A stretch of 64,000 nucleotides of DNA. Origin: Candidatus Bipolaricaulota bacterium (GTDB lineage: Bacteria; Bipolaricaulota; Bipolaricaulia; UBA7950; UBA9294). Below, piece after piece: positions 37,795 to 48,660 of this stretch. The stretch is from the NCBI GenBank assembly GCA_041302525.1, contig JBFYQX010000005.1, forward strand, positions 8,213-72,212, in the 5' to 3' direction. Numbering within the stretch: position 1 is the first letter of the stretch; the number at the start of each line of letters is the position of its first letter. The notes under the pieces are model-generated. The model was not told where the DNA came from. It searched no databases and worked only from the letters and a program-made list of their open reading frames with translations. The translations under genes and the position numbers were made by a program.

Positions 37795-38718
37795 ATGACC
37801 AAGCTGTCAAGGAAGGACGTGTTGCGCGCCGACCAGTTCACGCCCGGCGACCTCGACCTCATCCTCGCTCGCGCCACCGAGTACGAGGCGGCACTCGCGG
37901 CCGAAAGAGAGATCAACCTCCTGCGGGGCAAGATCCTCGCGACCCTGTTCTTCGAGCCGAGCACGCGGACGCGCCTCTCGTTTGAGGCCGCCATGCAGCG
38001 CCTCGGCGGGCGCGTCGTGTCCGTGTCCGAGGCCAAGTCCACGTCGGCGGCGAAGGGCGAATCGCTCCACGACACGATCCGCACCGTGGACGGGTATGCC
38101 GATGCCATCGTCATTCGGCACCCGGAGATCGGATCGGCCGAGGCGGCGGCGAAGGCTACGCCCAAGCCCGTGCTGAACGCCGGGGATGGGGCGGGCGAGC
38201 ATCCCACCCAGTCGCTCCTCGACCTCTACACGATCGGCAAGGAGCAGAAGAAGGTCGACGGGCTGACCATCGCGCTCGTCGGCGACCTCAAGCACGGGCG
38301 CACCGTCCACTCCCTCGCGACGCTCCTCTCCCAGTTCAAGGTCTCCTTCCTGTTCGTCTCGCCGCAGGTCTTGCGCATGCCGAGCGAGATCACGGAGCGA
38401 GTCCAGAAGAGGGGCATTACGTTCCACGAAACCGAGAGCCTCGGCCGCGCGCTCGGCGAGGCTGACGTGATCTACATGACGCGCATTCAGCGCGAGCGGT
38501 TTGCCGATCCGGCCGAGTACGACCGGCTGAAGGATGCCTACGTCCTGACGCGCGCAGCGCTTGCCAAGGCCAAGCCGTCAGTCACCGTGATGCACCCGCT
38601 GCCGCGCGTGCATGAGATCGCGACCGACGTGGACGATCTGCCCGGCGCGGCCTACTTCCGGCAGTCGGCGAACGGCGTGCCGGTGCGCATGGCGCTGCTA
38701 GCGCTCCTGCTCGGCTAG
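37795..38718 (+). CDS. pyrB: aspartate carbamoyltransferase catalytic subunit
   Basis: STRTR carbamoyl-phosphate motif, HPTQ and HPLP motifs. RBS AAGGGAGAG. Confidence 0.9.
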   Translation: MTKLSRKDVLRADQFTPGDLDLILARATEYEAALAAEREINLLRGKILATLFFEPSTRTRLSFEAAMQRLGGRVVSVSEAKSTSAAKGESLHDTIRTVDGYADAIVIRHPEIGSAEAAAKATPKPVLNAGDGAGEHPTQSLLDLYTIGKEQKKVDGLTIALVGDLKHGRTVHSLATLLSQFKVSFLFVSPQVLRMPSEITERVQKRGITFHETESLGRALGEADVIYMTRIQRERFADPAEYDRLKDAYVLTRAALAKAKPSVTVMHPLPRVHEIATDVDDLPGAAYFRQSANGVPVRMALLALLLG

Positions 38719-40943
38719 GCGCTGGGCTTCTGGGGGCGCAAGACGAGCGCGTTCGACATCGCCGCCGCGTCGACGACCACCGTCGTGCCCGGGCTGACCT
38801 CGCCCGCGACGATCTTCGACGCGAGCGGGTTCTCCACCAGCCGTTTGAGGGCCCTCGCGAGCGGACGGGCGCCGTAGTGTGGGTCGAAGCCCTCCTTCGT
38901 CAGGATCTTGCGTGCCTCCGCGGTCAGGGACAGACGGATGTCCTGCTCGGCCAGGCGACGGTTCAGCTCGGCGACCTTGAGCTCGACGATCTGCTCGATC
39001 GCGTCCTCGGACAAGGGGTGGAAGATGATCGTCTCGTCGATGCGGTTCAGGAACTCCGGCCGGAACCGTCGCTTGAGCTCGGCCTCGATCTCCTGGCGAG
39101 TCTGCATCTCGCTGACGTCGGCCTGGAAGAACTCGCTCCCGACGTTCGACGTCATGATGAGGATCGTGTGTCGGAAGTCGACCGTGCGCCCGTGCCCGTC
39201 GGTGAGACGCCCCTCGTCAAGCAGCTGCAGGAGGAGATTCATCACCTGGGGGTGGGCCTTCTCCAATTCGTCGAACAGGATGACCTGGTACGGCCGGCGG
39301 CGGATGGCCTCGGTGAGCTGGCCGCCTTCCTCGTACCCGATGTACCCCGGCGGCGAGCCGATCAGGCGGGCCACGGCGTGCTGCTCCATGTACTCCGACA
39401 TGTCGATCCGCAGGAGGGCCTGGTCGCTCCCGAACAGGAACGCGGCGAGCGCCTTGGCGAGCTCGGTTTTGCCAACGCCCGTGGGTCCGAGAAAGAGGAA
39501 CGTTCCGATGGGGCGACGCGGGTCGGAGAGCCCGGCGCGCGAGTGGCGGACCGCCTCAGCGACGGCGCGCACGCCCTCTTCCTGATCGACGAGCCGGGCA
39601 TGCAGCGCGTCCTCCATCGAGGTTAAGCGTGCGCGCTCCTCCTCGAGCATGCGCTCGGCCGGGATGCCCGTCCACTGCGACACGAGGGCGGCGATGTCGT
39701 GTTCGCGGACCGTGTCGCCGCTCGCGTTGACGCGCAGGCGGCTCGCTGCCTCGTCGACGAGATCGATGGCCTTGTCCGGCAGAAACCGTTCGGCGATGTA
39801 GCGCTCGGAGAGGCGCACCGCGGCGCGGATCGCGTCGTCCGTGATCTTGATCTGATGGTGCTCCTCGAGCGTCTTGCGGAGGCCTTCGAGGATCCGGATC
39901 GTCTCGTCGAGGCTCGGCTCTGGCACGAATACCTTCTGAAACCGTCGCTCGAAGGCGGAGTCCTTCTCGATGTGCTCGCGGTACTCGTCGAGTGTCGTCG
40001 CGCCGATCAGTTGGAACTTGCCACGCGACAGAGGCTCCTTGAGCATGTTGGAGGCGTCGATGGCTCCCTCGGCCGCCCCGGCGCCGACGAGCGTGTGGAG
40101 CTCGTCGACGAACAGGATGGTCTCGCCCGCGTGGGCCTCGATCTCGCGGACCACGGCCTTCATGCGATCCTCGAACTCGCCGCGGAACTTCGATCCGGCG
40201 ACCATCGAGGCGATGTCCAGGGCGACGATCTCCTTGTTCTTGAGGGTGTCGGGAACCTCGCCGGCGGCCATGCGCTGCGCCAAGCCCTCGACAACGGCCG
40301 TCTTGCCAACGCCCGGTTCGCCGATCAGGACGGGGTTGTTCTTCCGTCGCCGCGACAGAATCTGCTCCATGCGCAGGATCTCCTGATCGCGGCCGATGAC
40401 CGGGTCGAGCTCGCCGCGCTTGGCCATCTCGGTCAGGTTCTGCGAGTACTTCTTGAGGATCTGGTAGCGTTCCTCGGACGCCGGGTCCGTGATCCGCTGC
40501 TCGCCGCGCACGTCGCGCAGGGACGTGTAGATCGACTCCGGCGTGATCTGATGCCGACCCAGGACGCGCCGAAGCTGCGGGTCGGTCGTGCGGCTGATGG
40601 CGAGCAACAGGTGGTCCGTGCCGATGAAGTCGTCGTGCAGGCGGTCGGCCTCCATCTGGGCGTCACTGACGACCGAGTCGAGGCGCGGCGTAATGTACAC
40701 CTGCCCGCCCACCGGGCCGGAGACCGACGGCTTGCTCTTGAGCAAGAGGTCCAAGTCCTTGGCGAGAGCGTCGGGCTTGACGCCCATCGCCTGCAGCAAC
40801 TCTCGGCCCACGCCCTCCTTGCTCACGAGCACGTAGGCGATGTGCTCGACGTCGAGCTGATTGTGCTTGTAGCGCGAGAGGAGATCCTGCGCCTCGCGGA
40901 ACAGCTCCTGCGCTCCCTCGGTCATCTTGTCAAACCGGATCAT
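38715..40943 (-). CDS. Clp-family AAA+ chaperone ATPase (ClpA/ClpC-like; two AAA modules, no long ClpB-type middle coiled coil), 742 aa
   Basis: Clp N-domain repeat, two Walker A sites (GEPGVGKT and GPTGVGKT) and a short inter-module linker. RBS GAGGTGA. Confidence 0.9.
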   Translation of the reverse strand: MIRFDKMTEGAQELFREAQDLLSRYKHNQLDVEHIAYVLVSKEGVGRELLQAMGVKPDALAKDLDLLLKSKPSVSGPVGGQVYITPRLDSVVSDAQMEADRLHDDFIGTDHLLLAISRTTDPQLRRVLGRHQITPESIYTSLRDVRGEQRITDPASEERYQILKKYSQNLTEMAKRGELDPVIGRDQEILRMEQILSRRRKNNPVLIGEPGVGKTAVVEGLAQRMAAGEVPDTLKNKEIVALDIASMVAGSKFRGEFEDRMKAVVREIEAHAGETILFVDELHTLVGAGAAEGAIDASNMLKEPLSRGKFQLIGATTLDEYREHIEKDSAFERRFQKVFVPEPSLDETIRILEGLRKTLEEHHQIKITDDAIRAAVRLSERYIAERFLPDKAIDLVDEAASRLRVNASGDTVREHDIAALVSQWTGIPAERMLEEERARLTSMEDALHARLVDQEEGVRAVAEAVRHSRAGLSDPRRPIGTFLFLGPTGVGKTELAKALAAFLFGSDQALLRIDMSEYMEQHAVARLIGSPPGYIGYEEGGQLTEAIRRRPYQVILFDELEKAHPQVMNLLLQLLDEGRLTDGHGRTVDFRHTILIMTSNVGSEFFQADVSEMQTRQEIEAELKRRFRPEFLNRIDETIIFHPLSEDAIEQIVELKVAELNRRLAEQDIRLSLTAEARKILTKEGFDPHYGARPLARALKRLVENPLASKIVAGEVSPGTTVVVDAAAMSNALVLRPQKPSA

Positions 40944-41033
40944 CGCTCACCTCGCCCTTAGCAGTCTCATGTAGCGATTGCTAACGAGTGTAGGAGGCTG
41001 CGCCGACGAAGTCAAGTCGCGCCGGAAGAAGAC

Positions 41034-41816
41034 CTACTGAAGCGCCTTGAACACCATGTTTGCAGCGGCGTAGAGGAGCAGCACGCCGAACAGCTGCCGC
41101 AGTCGGCGGCGGGGGATGCGCTCGCCCAGGAACGGCCCCAACTGCGCGCCGATCACGGTCCCGACGATGAGCGGAAGGGCCAGTTCGACGTGCACGTGCC
41201 CTTGCGAGAAGTGGGTGACCGCAGCGAACGCCGACGACGGGACCATCACGAACAGGCTGGTGGCGATGGCCGACACGATATCGAGGCCGAGGAAGAGGGC
41301 GAGCGACGGGACCATGATCGTTCCGCTGCCGATACCGAGGAGCCCGGAGCCGAGGCCGGCCACGAGGCCGATGGCCGCGCCAATCGCGAGGGCACGGCCG
41401 CCGGTCGCGCGGCCGGCGGCGCTCTTCCGCACGTCGCTCGTTGTCTTTCCCAAGAGCATCATGACCGTCGGGTAGAGGAGCAGTGCCGCGAAGCTGATGG
41501 CAAGCCAGCGCGAATCGATGATCGACGTCAAGCGGGCGCCGGCCCACGCCCCGAGGAGGCTCGCGGGAACGAGTGAGAGCCCGGCACGAACGTCGACGGC
41601 CTTGCGACGCGAATAGGCAAACGTGGCCGAGAGGCTGGTGAAGGTGATCGAGGCCAGGCTCGTGCCTGCGGCTTCCTGGACTGTCCCCACGAGGCCGGTC
41701 AGCGTGAGGAGGGGGACGATGAAGATCCCGCCGCCCACGCCGAGGAGGCTGGACAGCGTGCCGATGGCCAGGCCGGCTGCGCCGAGCAGTGACGAGATGG
41801 CCGGGTCGAAGGTCAT
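41034..41816 (-). CDS. sulfite exporter TauE/SafE family membrane protein (DUF81)
   Basis: Eight or more TM helices with the internally repeated GxGGG motifs typical of TauE/SafE. ATG at 41816. Confidence 0.8.
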   Translation of the reverse strand: MTFDPAISSLLGAAGLAIGTLSSLLGVGGGIFIVPLLTLTGLVGTVQEAAGTSLASITFTSLSATFAYSRRKAVDVRAGLSLVPASLLGAWAGARLTSIIDSRWLAISFAALLLYPTVMMLLGKTTSDVRKSAAGRATGGRALAIGAAIGLVAGLGSGLLGIGSGTIMVPSLALFLGLDIVSAIATSLFVMVPSSAFAAVTHFSQGHVHVELALPLIVGTVIGAQLGPFLGERIPRRRLRQLFGVLLLYAAANMVFKALQ

Positions 41817-41902
41817 GGGCCTGACTATACGTCTGCGGGTGGCTGGACGCCCGGCCGGGTGCAAGCTAGAGTCGAAGACGGATTCCGAGGGAGGAACAGA
41901 CG

Positions 41903-42484
41903 ATGCCCACGCGCGAAGAAGCGCTGGCGCTGTTGCGTCAGTGGAACGCGAACGAGAGCCTGGTCAAGCACGCGCTCGCGGTCGAGGCAACGATGCGGGC
42001 CATGGCCCGCGCACGCGGGGAAGACGTCGAGTTCTGGGGCGCGGTCGGTCTGGTGCATGACCTCGACTACGAGCGATGTCCCGAGAGCCACCCGCACGAG
42101 GGGGCGCGGATCCTGCGGGAGCAGGGCTGGCCGGAGGACGCGGTGCACGCCGTCCTGTCCCACGCCTGGGGATTGGGGAGCGACGTGGAGCCTGCGCACA
42201 CCATGGAGAAAGTCCTCTACGCGATTGACGAGCTCACGGGCCTGGTGACGGCCGCTGTGCTGGTGCGGCCTTCGAAGAGCCTCGCCGATCTCACGGTGTC
42301 CTCGCTCAAGAAGAAGTGGAAGGACAAGGGGTTCGCCGCGGGAGCGAACCGCGACGTCATTGCCAAGGGCGCCGAGATGCTCGGCGTGCCCTTGGACGAC
42401 CTGATGGCAGAAGTCATCGCCGGAATGCGAGAGCAAGCGGCGGCGCTGGGCCTGGATGGGTCGCTGGCTGGGCAAGGAGGCTGA
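41903..42484 (+). CDS. HD-domain metal-dependent phosphohydrolase, 193 aa
   Basis: H...HD motif (LVHDLDYE) and downstream His residues. RBS GAGGGAGG. Confidence 0.75.
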   Translation: MPTREEALALLRQWNANESLVKHALAVEATMRAMARARGEDVEFWGAVGLVHDLDYERCPESHPHEGARILREQGWPEDAVHAVLSHAWGLGSDVEPAHTMEKVLYAIDELTGLVTAAVLVRPSKSLADLTVSSLKKKWKDKGFAAGANRDVIAKGAEMLGVPLDDLMAEVIAGMREQAAALGLDGSLAGQGG

Positions 42485-42485
42485 C

Positions 42486-44264
42486 GTGGCAGAGAGGGTT
42501 GCCGGTGTGGGCCGGTGGTCGCTGCGCGACCTGATCGCGAATCCCGTTGGGCCGGACATGGAGGCGGCGTTCGCGCGTCTGGAGGACGGCGTGCGCGCGG
42601 TCGAGGCGTGGCGGGGCAAGCTCGACCCGGCGATGTCGCCGGAATCGTTCGGCACGCTGGTTCGCGACGTCGAACGGGGGGCGAATGCCGCGGCGACGCT
42701 GCGCGGCTACGCGACCCTCTGGTTCTCTGAGCAGAACCATGACCCCGCGGCGCTTGCGTTCCAGCAGCGCGTCGACGCGTCACTCGCCGACGCCCAGAAC
42801 CGGACGCTGTTCGTGGAGCTGTGGTGGAAGGCACTCGACGAGCCGAGCGCCCGCCGGCTGCTCGGCTCGGCAGGCGACGCCGGCTACTACTTCGAGAGCC
42901 TGCGCCGCTTCGCGCCGTACACGCTCTCAGAGCCGGTCGAGCAGGTCATCAACATCAAAGACGTGAACGGGATTCGCGGGATCACGACGGTCTACGACAT
43001 GATCTCCAACGGCTTCACCTACGAGCTCACCGTCGACGGGGAGACGAGGACGCTGACGCGCACGGAAGTCATGGTCCACGCCCGGGACCCCGATCCCAAC
43101 GTGCGCGCCGCGGCCTACGATGCCCTGCTCAAGGTGTTTGTCGCGCATCGCGATGTGCTTGCGCAACTGTACAAGTACACGGCCGGGGACTGGCACAACG
43201 AGAACGTCAAGCTGCGCGGGATGGCATCGCCGCTCGCGGCCCGCAACTTGGCCAACGACGTGCCCGACGCCGTCGTGGACGCGCTGCTCGCGACGTGCCG
43301 CGCGAACGCGAAGCTCTACCAACGCTTCTTCCGCCTGAAGGCGAAGTGGATCGGCATGCCGCGCCTTCGCCGTTGCGACCTCTACGCGCCCCTCGCGCCG
43401 GTGAACAGAACGTACAGCTATGAGGAAGCCGTCGGTTTGGTGCGGGCGTCGTTCGATCGGCTCGACCCCGCGCTCACCCGGCTTGCTGACCGCGTGTTCG
43501 AGCACAACCACGTGGACTGGCAGCCGCGCCCGGGCAAAGACACGGGCGCGTTCTGCTACGGCGTCGTGCCAGAGAAGACGCCCTGGGTCCTGGTGAACTA
43601 CAACGGGCGCGTGGAGAACGTCAGCACGCTCGTGCACGAGCTGGGGCACGCGGTGCACGCGCTCCTAGCCTCCGGCCACTCTGTGCTAACCGCGCACGCA
43701 TGCCTTCCGCTGGCGGAGACAGCGTCGAACTTCGCCCAGATGCTACTCCTGCACGTGCTGCTCGACGCCGATCCCGACCCGGCGCTCCGCCGTTACCTGC
43801 TTGCGAAGTTCGTCGATGACAGCTACGCATCGATCCTGCGCCAGGCGTACTTCGTGCTGTTTGAGCGCGAGGCGCACCGGCGGGTGGGCACAGGCTCGCC
43901 CACGGGCGACGAGCTGGCTGCCGCCTACCTCGAGTCGCTGCACGAGCAGTTTGGCTCGAGCCTCGATGTTGCCGATGACTTCCGTTGGGAGTGGCTGTCG
44001 GTGCCCCATCTCTACGAGGTCCCGTTCTACTGCTACGCCTACACGTTCGGGCAGCTGCTTGTCTTGTCGCTGTACCAGGCGTTCGAGCAGGAGGGTGCGG
44101 CGTTTGTTCCGCGCTACCGGCGGATCTTGGCGGCCGGCGGCTCCCAAGCGCCGCTCGCGATCCTCGACGAGGCCGGTTTCGACGTGCGAACGACGTCGTT
44201 CTGGCAAGGCGGGTTCGACCTCATCGCGGCGATGGTCGACGAGCTGGAGGCGTTGAGCCGCTAG
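42486..44264 (+). CDS. pepF: M3-family oligoendopeptidase F
   Basis: HELGHAVH zinc motif and PepF-like length and pattern. GTG at 42486 lies 5 nt after AAGGAGG, which overlaps the end of the HD gene. Confidence 0.85.
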   Translation: MAERVAGVGRWSLRDLIANPVGPDMEAAFARLEDGVRAVEAWRGKLDPAMSPESFGTLVRDVERGANAAATLRGYATLWFSEQNHDPAALAFQQRVDASLADAQNRTLFVELWWKALDEPSARRLLGSAGDAGYYFESLRRFAPYTLSEPVEQVINIKDVNGIRGITTVYDMISNGFTYELTVDGETRTLTRTEVMVHARDPDPNVRAAAYDALLKVFVAHRDVLAQLYKYTAGDWHNENVKLRGMASPLAARNLANDVPDAVVDALLATCRANAKLYQRFFRLKAKWIGMPRLRRCDLYAPLAPVNRTYSYEEAVGLVRASFDRLDPALTRLADRVFEHNHVDWQPRPGKDTGAFCYGVVPEKTPWVLVNYNGRVENVSTLVHELGHAVHALLASGHSVLTAHACLPLAETASNFAQMLLLHVLLDADPDPALRRYLLAKFVDDSYASILRQAYFVLFEREAHRRVGTGSPTGDELAAAYLESLHEQFGSSLDVADDFRWEWLSVPHLYEVPFYCYAYTFGQLLVLSLYQAFEQEGAAFVPRYRRILAAGGSQAPLAILDEAGFDVRTTSFWQGGFDLIAAMVDELEALSR

Positions 44265-44270
44265 CGGCGT

Positions 44271-44735
44271 CTACGCGACGCGAATGTCGGCCACGGTGGC
44301 TCCGGTGGCGGCGACTAGGTCCGCGGTCGAGAGGCGAACGAGCGTGCCGCGCGCGCCAGCGTTGATGACGAGGGTCGGGTGCCGCGCGGCCGCCGCGTCG
44401 AGGACGACCGGGAGGGAGTGGCGGGCGCCGAAGGGGCTGATGCCGCCCGTCAAGTAGCCGGTGACTCGCTCCGCGTCGTGCGGCGCGGCGGGCTCGACGT
44501 GCTTGCGACCGATGACGCGCCCCAGCTTGCGCTCGCTGACGCTGCCGTCTCCGGCGATGAGCGCGAACCAGAAGGCGCCGTCGTCGGCACGGAAGACGAG
44601 GCTCTTGAGCACGAGGCCGGAATCGAGCCCCAGGGCATCGGCGGCCAGCCGTGCGCCCTTGCGGTCGTAGCGATAGACGAGGACATCGTGCGCGATGCCC
44701 GCCGCTCGCAGGGCTTGCACGCCGCGCGTCGCCAC
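44271..44735 (-). CDS. ybaK: YbaK/EbsC family Cys-tRNA(Pro) deacylase
   Basis: YbaK fold motifs (KSLVF...GGISPFG). GTG at 44735. The upstream track ORF extension is low-complexity. Confidence 0.75.
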   Translation of the reverse strand: MATRGVQALRAAGIAHDVLVYRYDRKGARLAADALGLDSGLVLKSLVFRADDGAFWFALIAGDGSVSERKLGRVIGRKHVEPAAPHDAERVTGYLTGGISPFGARHSLPVVLDAAAARHPTLVINAGARGTLVRLSTADLVAATGATVADIRVA

Positions 44736-44736
44736 C

Positions 44737-46356
44737 TTAGGTCTCCATGCCCAGGGCGAGCCCGTCCTTGCGGGACTCTGAGCCCCCGACGAGCCTGCCC
44801 GCGGGCCAGTCGATCCAGATGCCCTGGTAGCCCCCGTAGCCGCCGGACGAGATCTCAACCTTGTGGCCCCGGCGGCGCAGCCCATCGGCCACTTCGCTCT
44901 CCATCTCAGGTTCGAGGCGCACGATGCCGCCGTCGGTCATGTGCGAACCCGTCGGCGACGAGTCGCCGTCGTGCCGGATGCGCGGCGCGTCCCCGGCCGC
45001 CTGGGGATCCATGTCGCGCACAAGGAGGTTGACCAGGATTTGCACATGCCCCTGCGGCTGCATATCGCCGCCCATGACGCCGAACGAGAACAGCGGGCGC
45101 CCTCCGCGGCTGACCAAGCCCGGGATGATCGTGTGAAACGGCCGCTTGCCGGGCCGAAGAGCGTTGGGGTGATCGGGGCAGAGCGCAAACAGGGCGCCAC
45201 GGTTCTGCATCGCGAACCCGAGACCCGGCGGCGTGAGGCCGGACCCGAACCCGTAGTAGATGCTCTGGATCAGCGACGCGGCGTTGCGCTCGCGGTCGAT
45301 GGCGGTCACGTACACGGTGTCGCTGGCGAACAGGCCGGTCCCGGCCACGGACAGCGCGGCGCGATCCGGGTCGATGCGCGCCGCCTGCGCTCGTCCGTGC
45401 GCAGGGTCGAGCAGACGCTCGACGGGCAGGCTCGCGACGTCGGGGTCGCCGTACAGGCGGGCCCGGTTCTCGTAGGCGAGCTTCTTCGCCTCGACAAAGG
45501 CGTGCGCGAACGCCGATGGGGACTCGACGAGCGTCGGGAGACCGAACCAAGACAGGATGTTGAGCATCTCCAGCGCCACGACGCCCTGGGTGTTGGGCGG
45601 GAGCTCCCACACGTCGACGTCGCCGAACGGGAGAGAGAGCGGCGCAACCCACGTCGACGTGTGACGTGCGAGATCCTCGCGTGAGAGGGGAGACCCGAGC
45701 GTGTGGGCCGCGGCGGCGATCTGCGCGGCAAGCTCGCCGTGGTAGAACGTGCGCGCGCCCTCGCGGGCGATCGTCGCGAGGCTCTCGCCCAGCTCGGGGT
45801 TGCGTGCGACCTCGCCGGCTCGTGGGGCGCGGCCGGACGCGAGGAAGGTTGCCGCGGAGCCGGGGTCTTGCGCCAGGAGCGCCGTCTCGTCGGCCCACGC
45901 GCGGGCGATGACGGGCGTGACGGCGAACCCGCGTCGGGCGGCCTCGATCGTCGGGCCGAAGAGCTCCGGCCACGGCAGCCGGCCGAACCGCGCGTGGAGG
46001 GCGGCCCACCCGTCGACACAGCCGGGGACCGTCCAGGTCAGCGGGCCGCGGATCGGCATGCGGTCCAGGCCGCGTGCGCGGGCCGCCTCGAGGGTCAGGC
46101 CGCCGGGAGCCCGGCCGCTCGCGTTGAGGCCGACCGGACGATCGGCGCCCGCCGGCCAGACGAGCGCGAACAGGTCGCCGCCCAATCCGCAACTCATCGG
46201 CTCGACGAGCCCGAGCGCCACGTTTGCCGCCAGCGCGGCCTCGACGGCGTGACCCCCGCGGCGCAGGATGTCGGCGCCGACCTCGACGGCCAGCGGTTGG
46301 CTCGTGGCAACCATCCCGCCGCGCGCCACGGCCGGGGACCGCCTCTCGCGCGTCAT
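44737..46356 (-). CDS. ggt: gamma-glutamyltransferase
   Basis: GGT family motifs (MSCGLGGD near the N-terminus; the region around the autoprocessing Thr). ATG at 46356; an alternative GTG lies at 46395. Confidence 0.9.
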   Translation of the reverse strand: MTRERRSPAVARGGMVATSQPLAVEVGADILRRGGHAVEAALAANVALGLVEPMSCGLGGDLFALVWPAGADRPVGLNASGRAPGGLTLEAARARGLDRMPIRGPLTWTVPGCVDGWAALHARFGRLPWPELFGPTIEAARRGFAVTPVIARAWADETALLAQDPGSAATFLASGRAPRAGEVARNPELGESLATIAREGARTFYHGELAAQIAAAAHTLGSPLSREDLARHTSTWVAPLSLPFGDVDVWELPPNTQGVVALEMLNILSWFGLPTLVESPSAFAHAFVEAKKLAYENRARLYGDPDVASLPVERLLDPAHGRAQAARIDPDRAALSVAGTGLFASDTVYVTAIDRERNAASLIQSIYYGFGSGLTPPGLGFAMQNRGALFALCPDHPNALRPGKRPFHTIIPGLVSRGGRPLFSFGVMGGDMQPQGHVQILVNLLVRDMDPQAAGDAPRIRHDGDSSPTGSHMTDGGIVRLEPEMESEVADGLRRRGHKVEISSGGYGGYQGIWIDWPAGRLVGGSESRKDGLALGMET

Positions 46357-46442
46357 GATTCGAGCATAGGCGATGTGCGGCGGCACGGCCAGCACAGAGG
46401 GGTGCGAGCCGGTCGCGCCGTATAATGGCCTGCGGAGGGGAG

Positions 46443-47747
46443 ATGGACGACGAGCGAACGGCCTTGCGTGAGCTCCTGTCTCGGGACCCCGCTGACGTTG
46501 CGGAGACGCTCGGCAAGCTGTCGGAGGAGCAAGCGGCCGAGCTGTTGCACCGCCTGTACCTTGGTGGGGCTGCGGCCAGGACCCTCGCTATGATGGATCC
46601 CGAGGAGTCGGCGGGACTCGTGCGCAAACTGGATCGACAGGTCGCGAGCGCGATCCTGTCGCGCATGGATCCGGATGACGCCGTCGACCTTCTCGTCGAG
46701 CTTCCCGATAACGTGCGCGCCGAGCTGTTGTCGCGCCTCAGCCGCAAGGACGCGGAGCGTCTCACGAAACTGATGGCCTACCCGCCGGACACGGCCGGAG
46801 GCTTGATGACGCCCGAGGTTGTGGCGCTCTCCCTCGCGATGACCGCGCAGGGCGCGATCGACGTGCTGCGAGCGCGGCAGGAGAGCGCGGGCACCGTGTA
46901 CTACGCCTACGCCGTCGACGACACCCATCGGCTGCAAGGCGTGTTGTCGCTGCGGGACATCGCCCTTGCGCGGCCGGATCGGAGTCTCGGCGAGCTCGTG
47001 ATCCGCGACGCCATCTCGGTGCGGGTCGACCAGGACGCCGAGGAGGTGGCGAAGCTCTTCGACAAGTACGACTTCTTCGCGCTTCCCGTCGTCGACGCGG
47101 AGAATCGCCTGCTCGGCGTCATCACGGTCGACGATGTCATCGACGTGATCCGCGAGGAAGCCACCGAGGACATCTACCACCTGGCGAGTGTGCCGAGCGC
47201 CGAGGGCATCGGCACCAGCTGGTGGGACTCGCTGCGGCTGCGCATGCCGTGGCTCCTGGCAAGGCTGTTCACCGGGCTCCTGGCGGCGCTCGTCGTCGGG
47301 ATCTTCGAGCAGACGATCGCGAAGGTGGCCGCGCTGGCGGTTGTCATGGGGGTCATCGTCGCCCAGGGCGGCGCGTCGGGCATGCAGACGGCGACGATCA
47401 TCACGCGCGGCATGGCGCTGGGCGAGATCGGCCGTTCGGCGGGGTGGCGGCTGCTCGGCAAAGAGGTGCTGCTCGGCCTGACAAACGGCGTCCTGCTCGG
47501 CGGGGCTGTCGGACTGCTCATGTACGCGTGGAAGGGCGAGGCGCTGCTCGGCGTAGTGGTGAGCATTGCCCTCTTGCTCAACGTGGTGATCGCGGGCGCG
47601 ATGGGCGTGCTGATGCCCCTTCTGCTGCGAGCCACCGGACGCGATCCGGCGCTCGCGTCGGGGATCTTCATGACGGCGATCACGGACGTGTTGGGATTCG
47701 CGCTGCTCTTCTTGCTCGCCGGTCTCCTGCTTCCGGCCCTGCGATGA
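46443..47747 (+). CDS. mgtE: magnesium transporter MgtE
   Basis: MgtE N-domain, tandem CBS domains and a C-terminal 5-TM MgtE domain. RBS GGAGGGG. Confidence 0.9.
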   Translation: MDDERTALRELLSRDPADVAETLGKLSEEQAAELLHRLYLGGAAARTLAMMDPEESAGLVRKLDRQVASAILSRMDPDDAVDLLVELPDNVRAELLSRLSRKDAERLTKLMAYPPDTAGGLMTPEVVALSLAMTAQGAIDVLRARQESAGTVYYAYAVDDTHRLQGVLSLRDIALARPDRSLGELVIRDAISVRVDQDAEEVAKLFDKYDFFALPVVDAENRLLGVITVDDVIDVIREEATEDIYHLASVPSAEGIGTSWWDSLRLRMPWLLARLFTGLLAALVVGIFEQTIAKVAALAVVMGVIVAQGGASGMQTATIITRGMALGEIGRSAGWRLLGKEVLLGLTNGVLLGGAVGLLMYAWKGEALLGVVVSIALLLNVVIAGAMGVLMPLLLRATGRDPALASGIFMTAITDVLGFALLFLLAGLLLPALR

Positions 47748-48265
47748 CGGTCGCTCTTCCTGTCTGGACCCTGCCGTTCGTCTTGGCGTTGCTGGGCCTC
47801 GCGCTGGCCGTGGGCCGTTTCACGGCCGTGGCCGCGGCCGTCGCGGCGGCGTCGACCGTCGCAGCGGTGGTGTACGCCGGGGTCGTGTCACTGCGGCCCC
47901 CGACCGGGCCGGTTCCGGCGGCGAATCTGCTCGCGCTTCTGCCAGGTCACCTCTTGCTCTTGCTCGGGCTTGGTGGCCTGGCCCGACCCGACGCCCTCGC
48001 TCTTCTGTGGAGCGTCTTGCCGCTCGGCTCGGCCGTCTACGACTGGGCGAGCCGCCGTCGGCCGTTCACCGGACGAACATCGATCTTGGCTGGGCTGTAC
48101 GCTATACTCTGGCTCACCGTGTTCTTCCTTCTGGAGCGATTCATCGCAGAGCGGAAGGGTCTCTCAGGGCACGCAGAAGCCGTGATGGCGGTCGCGTTCT
48201 GCGCGATCGGTGTTGTGTTTGTGGTGACGGGAATCCTGCGCCATCGGCGCGCCGTCAAGGAGTGA
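47744..48265 (+). CDS. hypothetical membrane protein, 173 aa
   Basis: ATG overlaps the mgtE stop (ATGA). Five hydrophobic segments. No recognisable domain. Confidence 0.5.
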   Translation: MTVALPVWTLPFVLALLGLALAVGRFTAVAAAVAAASTVAAVVYAGVVSLRPPTGPVPAANLLALLPGHLLLLLGLGGLARPDALALLWSVLPLGSAVYDWASRRRPFTGRTSILAGLYAILWLTVFFLLERFIAERKGLSGHAEAVMAVAFCAIGVVFVVTGILRHRRAVKE

Positions 48266-48269
48266 TCAC

Positions 48270-48647
48270 ATGGTTCGCTGTTGGGTGCTGTGCAGTCTAG
48301 CGGTGCTGTTGCTCGGCGCGACGGCCCTGGGGCAAGAAGTCACAGGCACGTCGTCGGACGCCGGCACGGGAGGGCAATCGCTGTTTGAGCAGTACGGCAT
48401 GCTCGTGATCATGCTGGTCGCGTTTGGTCTGATCTTCTATTTCATGCTGATCCGGCCGCAGCGCAAGCGGCAACAGGATATGAACAGCCTTCTCGCGGGC
48501 CTGAAGCGCGGTGACAAGGTAATGACGGCCGGCGGCATCATCGGGGAGATTGACTCGATCGGCGATACGTCGGCCGTCCTGACCCTCGAAGAGGGCGCGA
48601 AGCTCCGCATCGCGAAGATGAGCATCGTGCGGAAGATCGAGAAGTAG
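48270..48647 (+). CDS. yajC: preprotein translocase subunit YajC
   Basis: Single TM helix plus the YajC motif (FMLIRPQRKRQ). RBS AAGGAG. Confidence 0.85.
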   Translation: MVRCWVLCSLAVLLLGATALGQEVTGTSSDAGTGGQSLFEQYGMLVIMLVAFGLIFYFMLIRPQRKRQQDMNSLLAGLKRGDKVMTAGGIIGEIDSIGDTSAVLTLEEGAKLRIAKMSIVRKIEK

Positions 48648-48660
48648 CAAGGGAGATCGT

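Noticed and set aside
36324-38427. 627-aa minus-strand ORF antisense to pyrC and pyrB
   Set aside because: Shadow ORF opposite strongly conserved genes, with no motifs.
44906-46765. 619-aa minus-strand ORF in an alternative frame across ggt
   Set aside because: Same-strand off-frame artefact. The translation is Arg/Pro/Ala-rich, and ggt in the other frame has clear family motifs.
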